Notes: generated by a model not told the origin, from the sequence alone. 64,000 nt of DNA from Dehalococcoidia bacterium (GCA_963662435.1 OY759598.1:838507-902506), one strand, 5' to 3'; positions 1 through 10,001 are shown, counted from the stretch's first letter. Made by a program: numbers and translations.

Positions 1-2
1 AG

Positions 3-1334
3 CACGGCCTGGATGTCTTCGGGAAAGACGTTTTGGCCGCTGGGTAGCACAATCATGTCCTTGAGGCGGCCCTGAATGTGCAGGAATCCCTCGTCGTCGA
101 AGTAGCCAAGGTCTCCCGTGCGGTACCATTCGCCTTCGAAGGCCGCTGCGGTCTCTTCCGGCGCGCGCCAATAGCCGGGGGTGACGTTGTCGCCGCGCAC
201 GAGGATTTCGCCTGCATCGCTGATCGTAACCTCTACGTTGGGGAGCGGGCGACCGGTGGAGTCGATGCGGCGTTCCTCAATTGTGTGGTTACTTATGACG
301 GGAGAGGCCTCGGTAGCGCCGTAGCCCTGTACGATCTTGACGCCGAGGAGCTCCCACTTTTTCCCAAGATCGGGGTCGAGTGCAGCGCCTCCGGAGACAA
401 CGAAATCGAGCTTGCCGCCGAACTGCTTGTGGACGCGGCGGAAGAGGATGCGACGGAGACGGAAGGGCGTTCGCTCGGCGATCTTGAGGAGCTTGTCCCA
501 TAGGGCCTTCTTGCCCTGTCGCGCTATCTCGCGCTCGATGCCGTTCATGAGGAGTTCGAGTCCTTGGGGGACGAGGAGCAGGATAGTGATCCTGCGCTCG
601 CGCATGGTGCGGGCAAGGACGGTAGGCTGGCGGCTCGTAGGGTAGGTGACGCTCGCGCCGGAGTTGAGGGCGACGAAGAGGCCTCCCATCTGCTCGTACA
701 TGTGACTGAGCGGAAGGATGGAGAGGAGTCTACTGGAAGGATCGCAGGAGATGTAGTGCGAGATGCCCTCGATGTTGGCTGTCAGGTTCCTATGGGTGAG
801 CATGACCCCCTTCGGATCACCAGTAGTGCCGGAGGTGAACATGATCTCGACGAGGTCGTCTGGGGAGATGTCCACATCTTTAGGCGAGGGCAATTCGGCG
901 ATGGATTCTTCAAGCTGCTCGAATGTTAGTTCAGGAATTCCGAGGTCTACGTTTTCCGTTGGCGTGAAGCGGGAGGTGAAAGCCAATTTCGGGTCAGTTC
1001 GGGAGATCACTCGCTCCACGTAGTCCGGGGCGCTTCGGAGATCGAGGGGGATGACAACGACCCCCGCCCTCACGCATCCGAAGAAGATCAGCACCCAGTG
1101 GGGCGAGTTCGGTCCCCAGAGGACTACTTGATCTCCCTTTGTGAGGCCGCGGCTTTGGAGTAGGGAAGCGACCCTGCCGGAGTCTTCCCATAGGCGTGAG
1201 TAGCTCCAGCGGAGGTAACGGAACACCGGCTTGATCAGAAGGGCGTCGCGGGAGCCGTGAGCTTCAGCCGCCGTGCGAAGGAAATCGACGAGGGTCTTGC
1301 CGATGGGGGCGTTGGCTGAATCGACATTTGTCAT
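3..1334 (-). CDS. Long-chain acyl-CoA synthetase / AMP-binding protein (runs off the left edge)
   Basis: Not in the ORF track. Manual translation from ATG 1334 gives MTNVDSANAPIGKTLVDFLR...; the reverse strand contains the AMP-binding motifs FTSGTTGDPKGV, GYGATE, WYRTGDLG and GRLKDMIV. Confidence 0.85.
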   Translation of the reverse strand, partial: MTNVDSANAPIGKTLVDFLRTAAEAHGSRDALLIKPVFRYLRWSYSRLWEDSGRVASLLQSRGLTKGDQVVLWGPNSPHWVLIFFGCVRAGVVVIPLDLRSAPDYVERVISRTDPKLAFTSRFTPTENVDLGIPELTFEQLEESIAELPSPKDVDISPDDLVEIMFTSGTTGDPKGVMLTHRNLTANIEGISHYISCDPSSRLLSILPLSHMYEQMGGLFVALNSGASVTYPTSRQPTVLARTMRERRITILLLVPQGLELLMNGIEREIARQGKKALWDKLLKIAERTPFRLRRILFRRVHKQFGGKLDFVVSGGAALDPDLGKKWELLGVKIVQGYGATEASPVISNHTIEERRIDSTGRPLPNVEVTISDAGEILVRGDNVTPGYWRAPEETAAAFEGEWYRTGDLGYFDDEGFLHIQGRLKDMIVLPSGQNVFPEDIQAV

Positions 1335-1346
1335 TACTGTCTCCCG

Positions 1347-2075
1347 TCACATAGTGGCCCGACGTGCGGCGTATTCTTCAATCATTTTCCGGAGGGCCAC
1401 TCGGGGGCTCTTGCGCATGGTCGGGAAATGACTGAAGCATATGATATCGAAATCGAGGTCAAGAAGCTTTTCAAGCGAGCGCAGAGCTCTCACCGGATCC
1501 TTGGTGACGCCTTCCGCGGGTGGGCTGAGTTTCAACGAGAACTTGTACTGCAGCGCGTCGCCGACGATGATGACGCGTTTGGTTGGCAAGTGCAGGGCGA
1601 TGCTGCCGTCGGTGTGCCCGGGGAGGTGAACAACTCGCACCTCCGTGCTGAACGGGATGATGTCGCCGTCTTCCAGCGGCATGTCGACGGGGACGGGGTC
1701 TCCCATGAGCTTGGGGAGCACGGGTTCCGCCACCTTGGCGAGCAACTCGTTTTTCAGCGGGTTCGGAGGCGTGGTCGTGCCCGATATGATGTCAGCGTCA
1801 AGCCGATGGGCAGCAACCTTGATTTCGGTTCCATCTACGAATTCGCTGAGTCCGCCGCAGTGGTCGGGGTGGGCATGGGTGATAACGACCGATTCTATGT
1901 GATGGAGTGCGAGTCCCAGGTCCTTAAGGCCGCGGGTTATGGAGAGAAGGCTTCCTTGAAGTCCCGTGTCGACCAAGAGGGCTCGGCCGTTTTCGATCAG
2001 CACGGTGACCCGGGCTCCGAAGGCGCGGAATTGGAAGACGCCGTTGGTGACTTGTATGGGTGTGCCGAAGATCAT
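1347..2075 (-). CDS. MBL-fold metallo-hydrolase
   Basis: THAHPDH motif, plus PGHT, GDA and SH metal-binding motifs. Confidence 0.9.
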   Translation of the reverse strand: MIFGTPIQVTNGVFQFRAFGARVTVLIENGRALLVDTGLQGSLLSITRGLKDLGLALHHIESVVITHAHPDHCGGLSEFVDGTEIKVAAHRLDADIISGTTTPPNPLKNELLAKVAEPVLPKLMGDPVPVDMPLEDGDIIPFSTEVRVVHLPGHTDGSIALHLPTKRVIIVGDALQYKFSLKLSPPAEGVTKDPVRALRSLEKLLDLDFDIICFSHFPTMRKSPRVALRKMIEEYAARRATM

Positions 2076-2216
2076 GCTCTGGGTTGGCTAAAGACTCTTT
2101 CGATATGATAGCTGATGTGTTGCAGATACGCAGGATGGGGTGTCGATCGTGTCAACTGAGGCCCTTGTTGGCGGGGTCACTCAGGGTTGGGTGGGACTCT
2201 ACTCTTCAACAGGCCT

Positions 2217-2397
2217 TCAAGTTACTGCGGGAACCCCCTCTCTGTATCTCTCCCCCAGTGGGGGTGGAATTGGAGGTTGTGTATCCCCCAGTGGGGGTGG
2301 AATTGGAGGTTGTGTATCCCCCAGTGGGGGTGGAATTGGAGGTTGTGTATCCCCCAGTGGGGGTGGGATCGGAGGTTGTGTATCCTCCTGCGGGGAG
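2217..2397. repeat. 33-bp tandem hairpin minisatellite, array 1 (4 full units plus a partial unit)
   Basis: Unit tcccccagtgggggtggaattggaggttgtgta starts at 2251, 2284, 2317 and 2350, with a degenerate unit at 2383. It is preceded by the leader ttcaagttactgcgggaaccccctctctgtatctc. Confidence 0.95.
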
Positions 2398-2443
2398 AAA
2401 AGAGTAATGGACGAGCGGCTAAAGTCCGAGACCCTGGAAAAAC

Positions 2444-2474
2444 CCGGACATTTCCAGACATTTCCGGACATTTC
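2444..2474. repeat. Three phased 10-bp direct repeats (ccRgacattt)
   Basis: ccggacattt ccagacattt ccggacattt. Confidence 0.8.
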
Positions 2475-2544
2475 TATCGGTCTTTCACTCTTACAGTCAC
2501 GGTTGTAATTGTCTTGTCGCCGGGTAGTTACCCTTCGACGGGCT

Positions 2545-2672
2545 TTCAAGTAACTGCGGGAACCCCCTCTCTGTATCTCTCCCCCAGTGGGGGCGAGATC
2601 GGAGGTTGTGTATCCCCCAGTGGGGGGCGAGATCGTGGGTTGTGTATCCTCCGGCGGGGGAGGGATCGGGGG
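2545..2672. repeat. 33-bp tandem hairpin minisatellite, array 2 (about 3 diverged units)
   Basis: Near-identical leader to array 1, followed by units at 2580, 2613 and 2647. Confidence 0.9.
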
Positions 2673-2770
2673 TAGTTTATTGGGCAATTGCTGACATACC
2701 GGCATGGCCCCAAACCCGGGGCATAACGCTGCTCAGGGTGCGCGGGTTCCTTTTACGACATCCTCTCAGA

Positions 2771-3469
2771 CTATTCTTGGCGAAGCTGCCCTCGGAGGAA
2801 GATCTTGAGGAGACCTTCGTTGGCGGCGCTTGTGAGTTTTCGTTCGACATTGCCGTCTTTTCCTATGAAGAAGGTAGTGGGTAGAGAGAGGACCTCGTAG
2901 GCGCGGGCGATCTCTGTGGTGGTATCGAGCGCGACCGGGTAGGTGACGCCAGCCTCTTCGGCGAATGCCTTGACGTTTTCGAGGGTGTCGGACATGGCGA
3001 TGCCGACGAACACAACACCCTGGTCTCGGTACTCCTGCCACATGGTCTCGAAGAAGGGCATTTCCCATCGGCAGGGCGGACACCAGGAGGCCCAGAAGTT
3101 CAGGACGACGACTTTGCCGTTAAGATCGGAGAGTCGTAAGGTCTCGCCGTCGAAGGTCTCGACCTCGAAGTCGGCCGCGGCCTCGCCCCCATTGCTGCTG
3201 GTCGAAAGGATGGTCCTGGGTGTTGGAGCCGGAGTTGCGGTCACGGTCGGTTCGGGTTTAGGGGAAGGAGGTCTGGGCGTCGGTTCAGGCGTAGCCATAG
3301 GAGGCGAAGGGATTGCAGTTGGAGCGAGGACAGGGACTGTTGTTTCGGAAGGAGGCGGCTGTCCTCCGCCGCCCGACTGTGCACAGGAGACGGTGAGGAA
3401 GACCACGATCAGTAGGAGTGCACCGTGTGATGCGGGCCAGTTCCGTCTTGATGTGAACCGAATTGTCAC
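2771..3469 (-). CDS. TlpA/ResA-type thiol-disulfide oxidoreductase lipoprotein
   Basis: Lipobox-like LTVSC, Pro/Thr-rich linker, NFWASWCPPC, LPTTFFI. Confidence 0.9.
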   Translation of the reverse strand: MTIRFTSRRNWPASHGALLLIVVFLTVSCAQSGGGGQPPPSETTVPVLAPTAIPSPPMATPEPTPRPPSPKPEPTVTATPAPTPRTILSTSSNGGEAAADFEVETFDGETLRLSDLNGKVVVLNFWASWCPPCRWEMPFFETMWQEYRDQGVVFVGIAMSDTLENVKAFAEEAGVTYPVALDTTTEIARAYEVLSLPTTFFIGKDGNVERKLTSAANEGLLKIFLRGQLRQE

Positions 3470-3475
3470 TTGTGC

Positions 3476-4723
3476 TCAACCTTCCCATACGGGTGGTGCG
3501 TCGAAGTAGTCTTTTGATCCGAAGTGGGGGAACATGGGCCAGGTGTCCTTGTCGCGTTCCTCCCAAACGATGCCGGTCTCGGTGTATGCCCCACCGCCGC
3601 CGTGTGCGGGCGGGCTGAACTCGGGATGTGTGAGCTGGTCGGCACGGTACCAAGCCATTCGTGATTCGAAGGAACGGGCACGGCGATCGTGGCTATCGAA
3701 CCAGCGGTGGACACGTTGGTTCGTGCGCTGGGACTCTGCGCCGGGGCCGCGGGCGGTCACATCGTCGAGATCGGAGCCGAGTTTCTGAAGCTCGCTGATG
3801 GAAAGAGGAACGCCGTCGTGGATGAAGAAGTCGTCGAAATTGGGATCGACCATGGCCCACTTCTGGTGCTCGTCCGACCAGAACTCGGCAGTAAAGTGGC
3901 CGTCGGCCTTTCCGGGCTTGCCCGCGAAGATGGCGCACCGGGCCGGGACGCCGATGGCCTGGGCGGCGTTGGAGAACGCGACGCCATAGAAAATGCAGTT
4001 GGCGGTGGGGCGGAGGCCGTTGTGTCCGCACTGTCCAGGGGCCCATGCAAGTACCGTCTCGGGGTCCCAAGGGCTGTTGATTACTCCAAGACCAGGCGCT
4101 GCCGGCGTATGCTCCCAACTGGAGGCGAGCCAGGTGCTTATGGCGCGCAGGCGTTCGAGCTTGGGCAGGCTCTTGTCAAGGGCCTGTGGGGGCATGATCG
4201 ACCTCAGGGATTCCAGTCGCGGGTCGTCGGGGTCGTTGAAGACCATAGGCGGTGGAGTGGGGTCTTGGCCCTCTGCGAGACGGATGCGGACGACGTACTC
4301 GGCGCGGACGACGTTGAGGTAGGCCATGTGGTGGTTGCGCCAGGTGCGGCCGGAGTCGTCGCTAGTGTAGCTGTTCGGGTCAGCGTGTCCGGCTTCGAGG
4401 CCTAGGGCCCAAGAGTTCATAGCGGTGGAGTCAGTCCAGAACTCCAGCACGTTGTCACCAGCCTTAAGGAGGCCGAAGTCTATTGGCGCCTCGTACCACG
4501 TGTGCCATGCCTCCTGGGGAGGCACGGGCGGGAGGGCAGTGCCGTTGACGGAGACGTGGAGGGGGAGTTTTGTGCCCTCGTGCGCCCTTGCCAGGAAATA
4601 CAGCACGGCTGGGGACGCGGTCGGCGGCAGGGTGAGCACCTTGCGTGCGCGGCGGAAGGTGGTCAGTTCCTCGGCGAGGTTTGGCATGGAATGCCCGGAC
4701 TCGGTGTAGTGGAGCTTGGTCAT
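3476..4723 (-). CDS. Transglutaminase-like domain protein
   Basis: Cys-His-Asp triad: ANCIFY, GHFTAE, WAMVDP. Start is probably MTKLHY at 4723. Confidence 0.75.
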   Translation of the reverse strand: MTKLHYTESGHSMPNLAEELTTFRRARKVLTLPPTASPAVLYFLARAHEGTKLPLHVSVNGTALPPVPPQEAWHTWYEAPIDFGLLKAGDNVLEFWTDSTAMNSWALGLEAGHADPNSYTSDDSGRTWRNHHMAYLNVVRAEYVVRIRLAEGQDPTPPPMVFNDPDDPRLESLRSIMPPQALDKSLPKLERLRAISTWLASSWEHTPAAPGLGVINSPWDPETVLAWAPGQCGHNGLRPTANCIFYGVAFSNAAQAIGVPARCAIFAGKPGKADGHFTAEFWSDEHQKWAMVDPNFDDFFIHDGVPLSISELQKLGSDLDDVTARGPGAESQRTNQRVHRWFDSHDRRARSFESRMAWYRADQLTHPEFSPPAHGGGGAYTETGIVWEERDKDTWPMFPHFGSKDYFDAPPVWEG

Positions 4724-4896
4724 GGGAGGGGTTCCTTTCGGGGGGTGCAGGTTCCCCAAAGGTCTTGATGGCAGTATACTACTCGACGTTTATGGCTGCT
4801 GGGCAATGTCTTGAGTCGGACCTGACTGGTAGAGTTCTGCGATTAGATGGGAGCTTCCCGAATAGAAAAGAAATCTCGAAATAGAGGATTTGGAGG

Positions 4897-7110
4897 ATGG
4901 TAGAACTTAGGGATTACCAGACTAACCTGTTGCGAGAGGTTGGAGTTGCTTTAGATGGTAACTCCAAGTCCAGTGTATTGATGCAGCTACCCACTGGCGG
5001 TGGTAAGACGATTATTGCCGGCGGGTTGCTCAGGGCACATCTCGCTGACGGTCGGAAGGCGGTCTGGCTGACGCACCGCAAGGAGTTGGCTCAGCAGACT
5101 CGTGAAATGCTAACTTCCGCAAACGTTTCGGCAATAGCTGACGTTCTCTGGAAACCCAGAACCGATGCGCCGTCAATGAGCGGCGGTGTAGTTATTCTGA
5201 TGGCCCAAACGGTGAGCAGGCGGGTCTGGAGGAGAATTTGGAATCAGTATGACGAAGACGACCTAATGGTGATCGACGAGGCCCACCATGCCACCGCCAA
5301 GGGTTATGCGCAGGCAATGCAACAGTGGCCGGGGAGAGTGGTTGGTATGACCGCGACACCGTGGCGTTTATCAGAAAAGGAAGGATTCGATCACCTGTTT
5401 GAAGAATTGATATGTGGTCCGCAAATTGCCGAACTCCAATCTGACAACTGGCTATGCCGGGCTCATATCCGAGTGCCGTCGAGCGAAGAGAGGATACTCG
5501 GCGGCGAGATAGGAAGTATTGGCGACTACACCGAACCAGGCATTGAGCAGGCGAACTCTCACGACGTGATGACGGCGGGAACTCTGACGTTCTGGCAAGG
5601 ACAGGCGGAGGGGCGACAAACCATCGTATACGCCGTATCAACGGATCACGCGCACAACTTGGCATCGGTGTTCGCGGACGCAGGCATATCGGCTAGGGTT
5701 ATTCTCGGTGATACTCCGATTGATGAGCGCAACAGGATAATAGAGGAATTTCGAGACGGTACCTTAAGGGTGCTGGTCAATGTGCTTGTCGCAACCGAGG
5801 GGTTCGACTTGCCTGACGCCTCATGCGTTGTACTCACTAGGCCAACGTTGAGCTTGGCGTTGTTTATGCAAATGGTAGGACGGGGACTTAGGCCGAAAGA
5901 TGACGGGGGTGATTGTCTAATTCTTGACTTGGCGGCCAACTCGATAACTCATGGGCTGCCCGAGTACCACCGCGCATGGCAGTTGGAGCCGCGCGGCAAG
6001 CAAGAACCGGGTGAAACGCCGACGGTGTGGTGTCCTAGATGTGGAACAGTCTCCCCAGCAGCTAGGCACAGTTGTCCAAACTGTGGAGAGTCTTTCGGCA
6101 AAGAATGTGGCCGTTGCGGCAAATGGCGCGCATGGAAGCGATGGCACCACGAAAACCACTGTGATGATTCCCATGAATTAGTGTGCGACTACTGTCACAG
6201 GGATGCCCACGTACAGGCTCGCTTATCTATTGTTCCACCGTTGGATGAGTTGCCCTATTTTGATTCGGAGGACGAAATGTACCCTCAGACCAAGATCGAG
6301 ATCGACAACGAATTGGCCTCCCGGCTGTCGATTCTGATCCGAGAATTGCTTGAACGGGAGCGACGGGATATTGCAAGTGCTGACGTGGCTCGACAGGAGG
6401 AACTGAGTAGATCTATTCAAATGCATGAGGCGACAATTCAAGACGATGATGCCCTCGATATCATGTTCAAGGAGTATGTAGATGAATTGCCATGGGATCA
6501 GCGTCCCAAAAACAATCCACAAACTTCTCGTATGTTCACCGAGTGGGAAAATATCATCAAAAGGGAACTAGCTGACTGGCAAAATGAACTCGCCACGTTG
6601 AGAAATCGCCCAATTGATAAGCGAGCTATATTTGACAGTGCCAGAGACAAGTTAGTACATCTTTTGTCTCGGATAGCAAGGGATGTTGAACTTCTACCCG
6701 CAGCTGCCGACTCTGCTGCTGGTAACCCCATTATTCCCAACGATGATTGGATTCTGATTGGATCTTCAGTTCCTGAGAGGCTTGTAGCGGGTCGAAGCCC
6801 TAGGCGTCTGCGGTTCCCCGATGGGCGAGAGATTCAAATTAGACGCTGGGCTGATCTAATAGCTGAAGTTGTGGAATGGGTCTGGAGAGCTGATAAACCA
6901 CAAGTTAATGCTGTACCGATTGGACCGGCACGTTACTTAATTAGCGAGTCTCCGGCTCACCAGAACGGCACTCCATTTCGTGGGAAGAAACGGCTGTCAA
7001 ACGGACTTTGGATTGAAGGAGGCATGTCCGCGAAACAGATTTGCAATAACGTGGAAAAGCTAAAGGAGCATATCGGCGTTACTGGACAGTTTTTCATGCG
7101 GTTATCATAA
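4897..7110 (+). CDS. SF2 DEAH helicase (ResIII/RadD-like) with Zn ribbons and an extra C-terminal domain
   Basis: PTGGGKT, DEAHH, TAT, EGFD and QMVGRGLR; CPRC/CPNC/CGRC/CDYC; ggagg RBS. Confidence 0.9.
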   Translation: MVELRDYQTNLLREVGVALDGNSKSSVLMQLPTGGGKTIIAGGLLRAHLADGRKAVWLTHRKELAQQTREMLTSANVSAIADVLWKPRTDAPSMSGGVVILMAQTVSRRVWRRIWNQYDEDDLMVIDEAHHATAKGYAQAMQQWPGRVVGMTATPWRLSEKEGFDHLFEELICGPQIAELQSDNWLCRAHIRVPSSEERILGGEIGSIGDYTEPGIEQANSHDVMTAGTLTFWQGQAEGRQTIVYAVSTDHAHNLASVFADAGISARVILGDTPIDERNRIIEEFRDGTLRVLVNVLVATEGFDLPDASCVVLTRPTLSLALFMQMVGRGLRPKDDGGDCLILDLAANSITHGLPEYHRAWQLEPRGKQEPGETPTVWCPRCGTVSPAARHSCPNCGESFGKECGRCGKWRAWKRWHHENHCDDSHELVCDYCHRDAHVQARLSIVPPLDELPYFDSEDEMYPQTKIEIDNELASRLSILIRELLERERRDIASADVARQEELSRSIQMHEATIQDDDALDIMFKEYVDELPWDQRPKNNPQTSRMFTEWENIIKRELADWQNELATLRNRPIDKRAIFDSARDKLVHLLSRIARDVELLPAAADSAAGNPIIPNDDWILIGSSVPERLVAGRSPRRLRFPDGREIQIRRWADLIAEVVEWVWRADKPQVNAVPIGPARYLISESPAHQNGTPFRGKKRLSNGLWIEGGMSAKQICNNVEKLKEHIGVTGQFFMRLS

Positions 7111-7130
7111 TGCGCCTACCTATCAAGCTC

Positions 7131-8297
7131 CTACATCAACTCCGGAGCCTTCAGCCCCGATCCCGTATTGAGAAGGAGGATGTGGTCGTTGGGGGAGAGG
7201 TCTCCTGAGGCGATGAGACGACGCGCGGCTGCGGCGGTTGCGCCGCCTTCGGGGCCTACGACGATTCCCTCGGTGCGGGCGATGAGGCGCATGTGTTCGA
7301 GGAGGTCTTCGTCGGAGACGGCGATTGCGCCGCCGTCGCTTTCGCGGAGGACGTTGAGGATGAGGTAGTCAGCTATTGCGGAGGGGACGCGCATTCCGTG
7401 GGCGACGGTGTGGGCGTTATCCCAGGGTTCGGCGTGGTCGTCGCCTCGCTGGAAGGCGCGGACGATTGGCTGGCAACCCTCGGCCTGCACGCAGAAGAAG
7501 CGGGGGCGCTTGCCGTCAGTCCAGCCCAAGGCCTCAAGCTCCTCGATCGCTTTCCAGATTCCGACGACGCCTGTGCCGCCGCCGGTGGGGTAGATGATGG
7601 CGTCGGGGAAGGTCCAGCCGCACTGCTCGGCTATCTCGTAGCCCATGGTCTTCTTTCCTTCGGCACGATACGGCTCCTGCAGGGTTGAGAGATCGAACAT
7701 GCGGAGCTCGGCTGCAAGCTCGCGCGACTGCTGACCGGCCTCTCCGATCAGGCCATCGACGAGATGGAGAGATCCCCCGGCGTGGGTGACCTCCTTCTTG
7801 TTGGCGTCAAGGGCATCCTGGGGCATGAAGACGTGCGCGTCCATGCCGGCTCGAGCTGCATAGGCGGCAAGTGCTCCTCCCGCGTTTCCGGCGGTGGGAA
7901 TGGTCACGCCGGCGGCGCCAAGTTCCTTTGCCTTGGAGACGGCCGCGGATAGCCCCCGCGACTTGAATGTGCCGGTAGGGTTCTGGCCCTCGTCCTTGAT
8001 GACGACATTCGTCGCGCCGATGGATTCGGCCAAACGGGGAGCGTCGAGAATGGGGGTCATGCCCTCGCCGAGGCTGACGATGTTCGCCTCGTCGAGGACG
8101 GGCATGGTCTCGAAGTAGCGCCACATGTCGGCTCGACGACCGACGATAGCGTCGCGGTCGGCTTCCGAGCGGGCGGCATCGAGGTCGTAGCGGGCGTAGA
8201 GGACCTTGTCGCAATCAGGGCAGAGGCGGATCAGTTGGTCGGCGGGATGGGTTGCACCGCAGTTGGTGCACTCCAGGTGGGAGAGGTAGCTTTTCAC
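7131..8297 (-). CDS. thrC: Threonine synthase-like PLP enzyme
   Basis: N-terminal Zn ribbon, NPTGTFK, TAGNAG, PTGGGTG. Confidence 0.85.
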   Translation of the reverse strand: MKSYLSHLECTNCGATHPADQLIRLCPDCDKVLYARYDLDAARSEADRDAIVGRRADMWRYFETMPVLDEANIVSLGEGMTPILDAPRLAESIGATNVVIKDEGQNPTGTFKSRGLSAAVSKAKELGAAGVTIPTAGNAGGALAAYAARAGMDAHVFMPQDALDANKKEVTHAGGSLHLVDGLIGEAGQQSRELAAELRMFDLSTLQEPYRAEGKKTMGYEIAEQCGWTFPDAIIYPTGGGTGVVGIWKAIEELEALGWTDGKRPRFFCVQAEGCQPIVRAFQRGDDHAEPWDNAHTVAHGMRVPSAIADYLILNVLRESDGGAIAVSDEDLLEHMRLIARTEGIVVGPEGGATAAAARRLIASGDLSPNDHILLLNTGSGLKAPELM

Positions 8298-8460
8298 TGG
8301 GACTCCTTCGGATATATTGGGAATTCTATCGCAGAGATCGCTGAGAGCGCAGAGGAAGAAGAATGGACTGCATATGCGGTGAGTCCGGTAAAGCGTGGAC
8401 CTTCGATTCTTCGACTCTGCTCCGCTACGCTCAGAATGACAGTGATGGCGTTGGTAATCG

Positions 8461-9078
8461 TTAGTCTGTACCGGCTTTGGCGACTCCGATCATTGCGTCG
8501 CGGGAGACCACTGCGGCCAGCTCTTCTTCGGTCATGTGGTCGGTGCCGGAGGGACGTTCAGGGAGGACCATGTAGCGGAGCTCGGAAAGGCTGTCCCAGA
8601 CACGGACCTCGATTGAGTCGTCGAGCTCGAGTCCGAACTCGGAGAGGACTGCCCTCGGCTCCCTTACGACGCGGGCTCGGTAGGCATCAGACTTGTACCA
8701 CGAAGGCGGAAGTCCGAGAACTGACCAGGGGTAGCAGGAGCAGAGAGTGCAGACGATGACGTTGTGTACGTCTGGGGTGTTCTCGACGACGACCAGCCTG
8801 GCGCTATGCTCGTCGCCGAAGCCGAGCTCCGCCACTGCATCGCCTCCGTCTTCCAGGAGACGAGACTTGTATTCTGGATCGGTCCATGCACGGGCGACGA
8901 CTCTAGCGCCATTCATTGGGCCGACGTCGTTCTCGTACCGGTCGACGACGTCATCCACTGCGCCGGTCGAGAGGAGTCCCTTCTCGGCCAGGAGGGACTC
9001 GACGGCCTTGGCGCGAACCTCGGCTTCCGATGGATCGTGAAACTCGTCGTGTTCATGGTCATGGTCGTGATCCGGCAT
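8461..9078 (-). CDS. nthA: Nitrile hydratase alpha subunit, cobalt type
   Basis: VCTLCSCY metal motif and [10 protein letters not shown]. aggagg RBS upstream of ATG 9078. Confidence 0.93.
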   Translation of the reverse strand: MPDHDHDHEHDEFHDPSEAEVRAKAVESLLAEKGLLSTGAVDDVVDRYENDVGPMNGARVVARAWTDPEYKSRLLEDGGDAVAELGFGDEHSARLVVVENTPDVHNVIVCTLCSCYPWSVLGLPPSWYKSDAYRARVVREPRAVLSEFGLELDDSIEVRVWDSLSELRYMVLPERPSGTDHMTEEELAAVVSRDAMIGVAKAGTD

Positions 9079-9165
9079 GTTGGCTGTCAGCCTCCTCATT
9101 CTCGTTTCGTCGTGAGTATTGGAGTGAATCCCGCTACTCAAGAATTCCTGTATAGAGATCTAAGG

Positions 9166-9831
9166 TCAGGACTCATCGGGACTAAGCAGGTAGCTTTCCC
9201 ACAGGTCGATATAGATCCGCTGGTCCGGTTCGGCTTCTTCGCCCCAGAGCTCGTTGGCATCGAATCCAACCGTGTAGACCGGTTCCGGTTTGAAGACGCC
9301 TTGCACCTTGAGGTCGAGCAGGTCGAAGACTCCGCGCAGGGCGTGGACGACACCGTGCTTGCCCTGTGCGTAGAAAGGAATCCTGGTGTGACCGGACGCG
9401 GCGATGCGGCGGGTTATGATTGAGTCGCCAACCGAAAAGGCAGGGTCGCCGTCGTAATTGGGCGAGCGCTGGCTGTAGCGGTTTTCCCACGCAGCGCGGG
9501 CGAGACTGGGATCATTATTCCGAGTGACGGGCGTCCCGGGACAACGGCGATAGAACTCGGCCCGGTCTCGAATCTCTTTTTCCGTCAGTGACCCGCTCTG
9601 GACAAAGCCCTTTTCCAGGGCGATTAGCCACTTTTGGTAGTAGGTCGAATCGAGATAGATTTCAGGCTCGATACTCTCAATGGCGGGTCGCATGGGGAAG
9701 GAGCGGTGACCTATGGTGGTCATCATGCCGAATACACGTCCTTCCCACTCTTCGTGGAATACGGGCTCGTTCTCCTCTATGGATATCGGGCCGAATTCGG
9801 ACGCGCCTCCCAAGTCATGAACCCGTCTCAT
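9166..9831 (-). CDS. nthB: Nitrile hydratase beta subunit
   Basis: MRRVHDLGG, FHEEWEGR, GHTRIP, DLWESYL. ggagg RBS upstream of 9831. Confidence 0.9.
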   Translation of the reverse strand: MRRVHDLGGASEFGPISIEENEPVFHEEWEGRVFGMMTTIGHRSFPMRPAIESIEPEIYLDSTYYQKWLIALEKGFVQSGSLTEKEIRDRAEFYRRCPGTPVTRNNDPSLARAAWENRYSQRSPNYDGDPAFSVGDSIITRRIAASGHTRIPFYAQGKHGVVHALRGVFDLLDLKVQGVFKPEPVYTVGFDANELWGEEAEPDQRIYIDLWESYLLSPDES

Positions 9832-10001
9832 GAAAGCCTCCCAATTGGCGTGGTAGTAGTATAGGACAAGAGGCCATTTATCCGATACCGGACAACGTTG
9901 ACGGAATGACCGCGAGACCATAGCATAGACGCCCCAACGCGGGTTGCCGAACCGGCATCAGCGTACACCTTGGCGTTGACCTTGACGGGAAGGGGATAGC
10001 A

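Noticed and set aside
78..1191. Plus-strand and short ORFs at the window start, and similar long antisense ORFs throughout (e.g. 19471-20430, 51551-52792)
   Set aside because: They are shadow ORFs opposite or overlapping well-supported genes, as expected in high-GC DNA.
2251..2672. CRISPR array
   Set aside because: The units are contiguous, near-identical 33-mers without unique spacers, and no cas genes are adjacent.
2060..2705. Repetitive ORFs (SPSGGGIGGCV, PPLGDTQ and similar)
   Set aside because: They are open in most frames only because the repeat length is a multiple of 3; no RBS or domain support.
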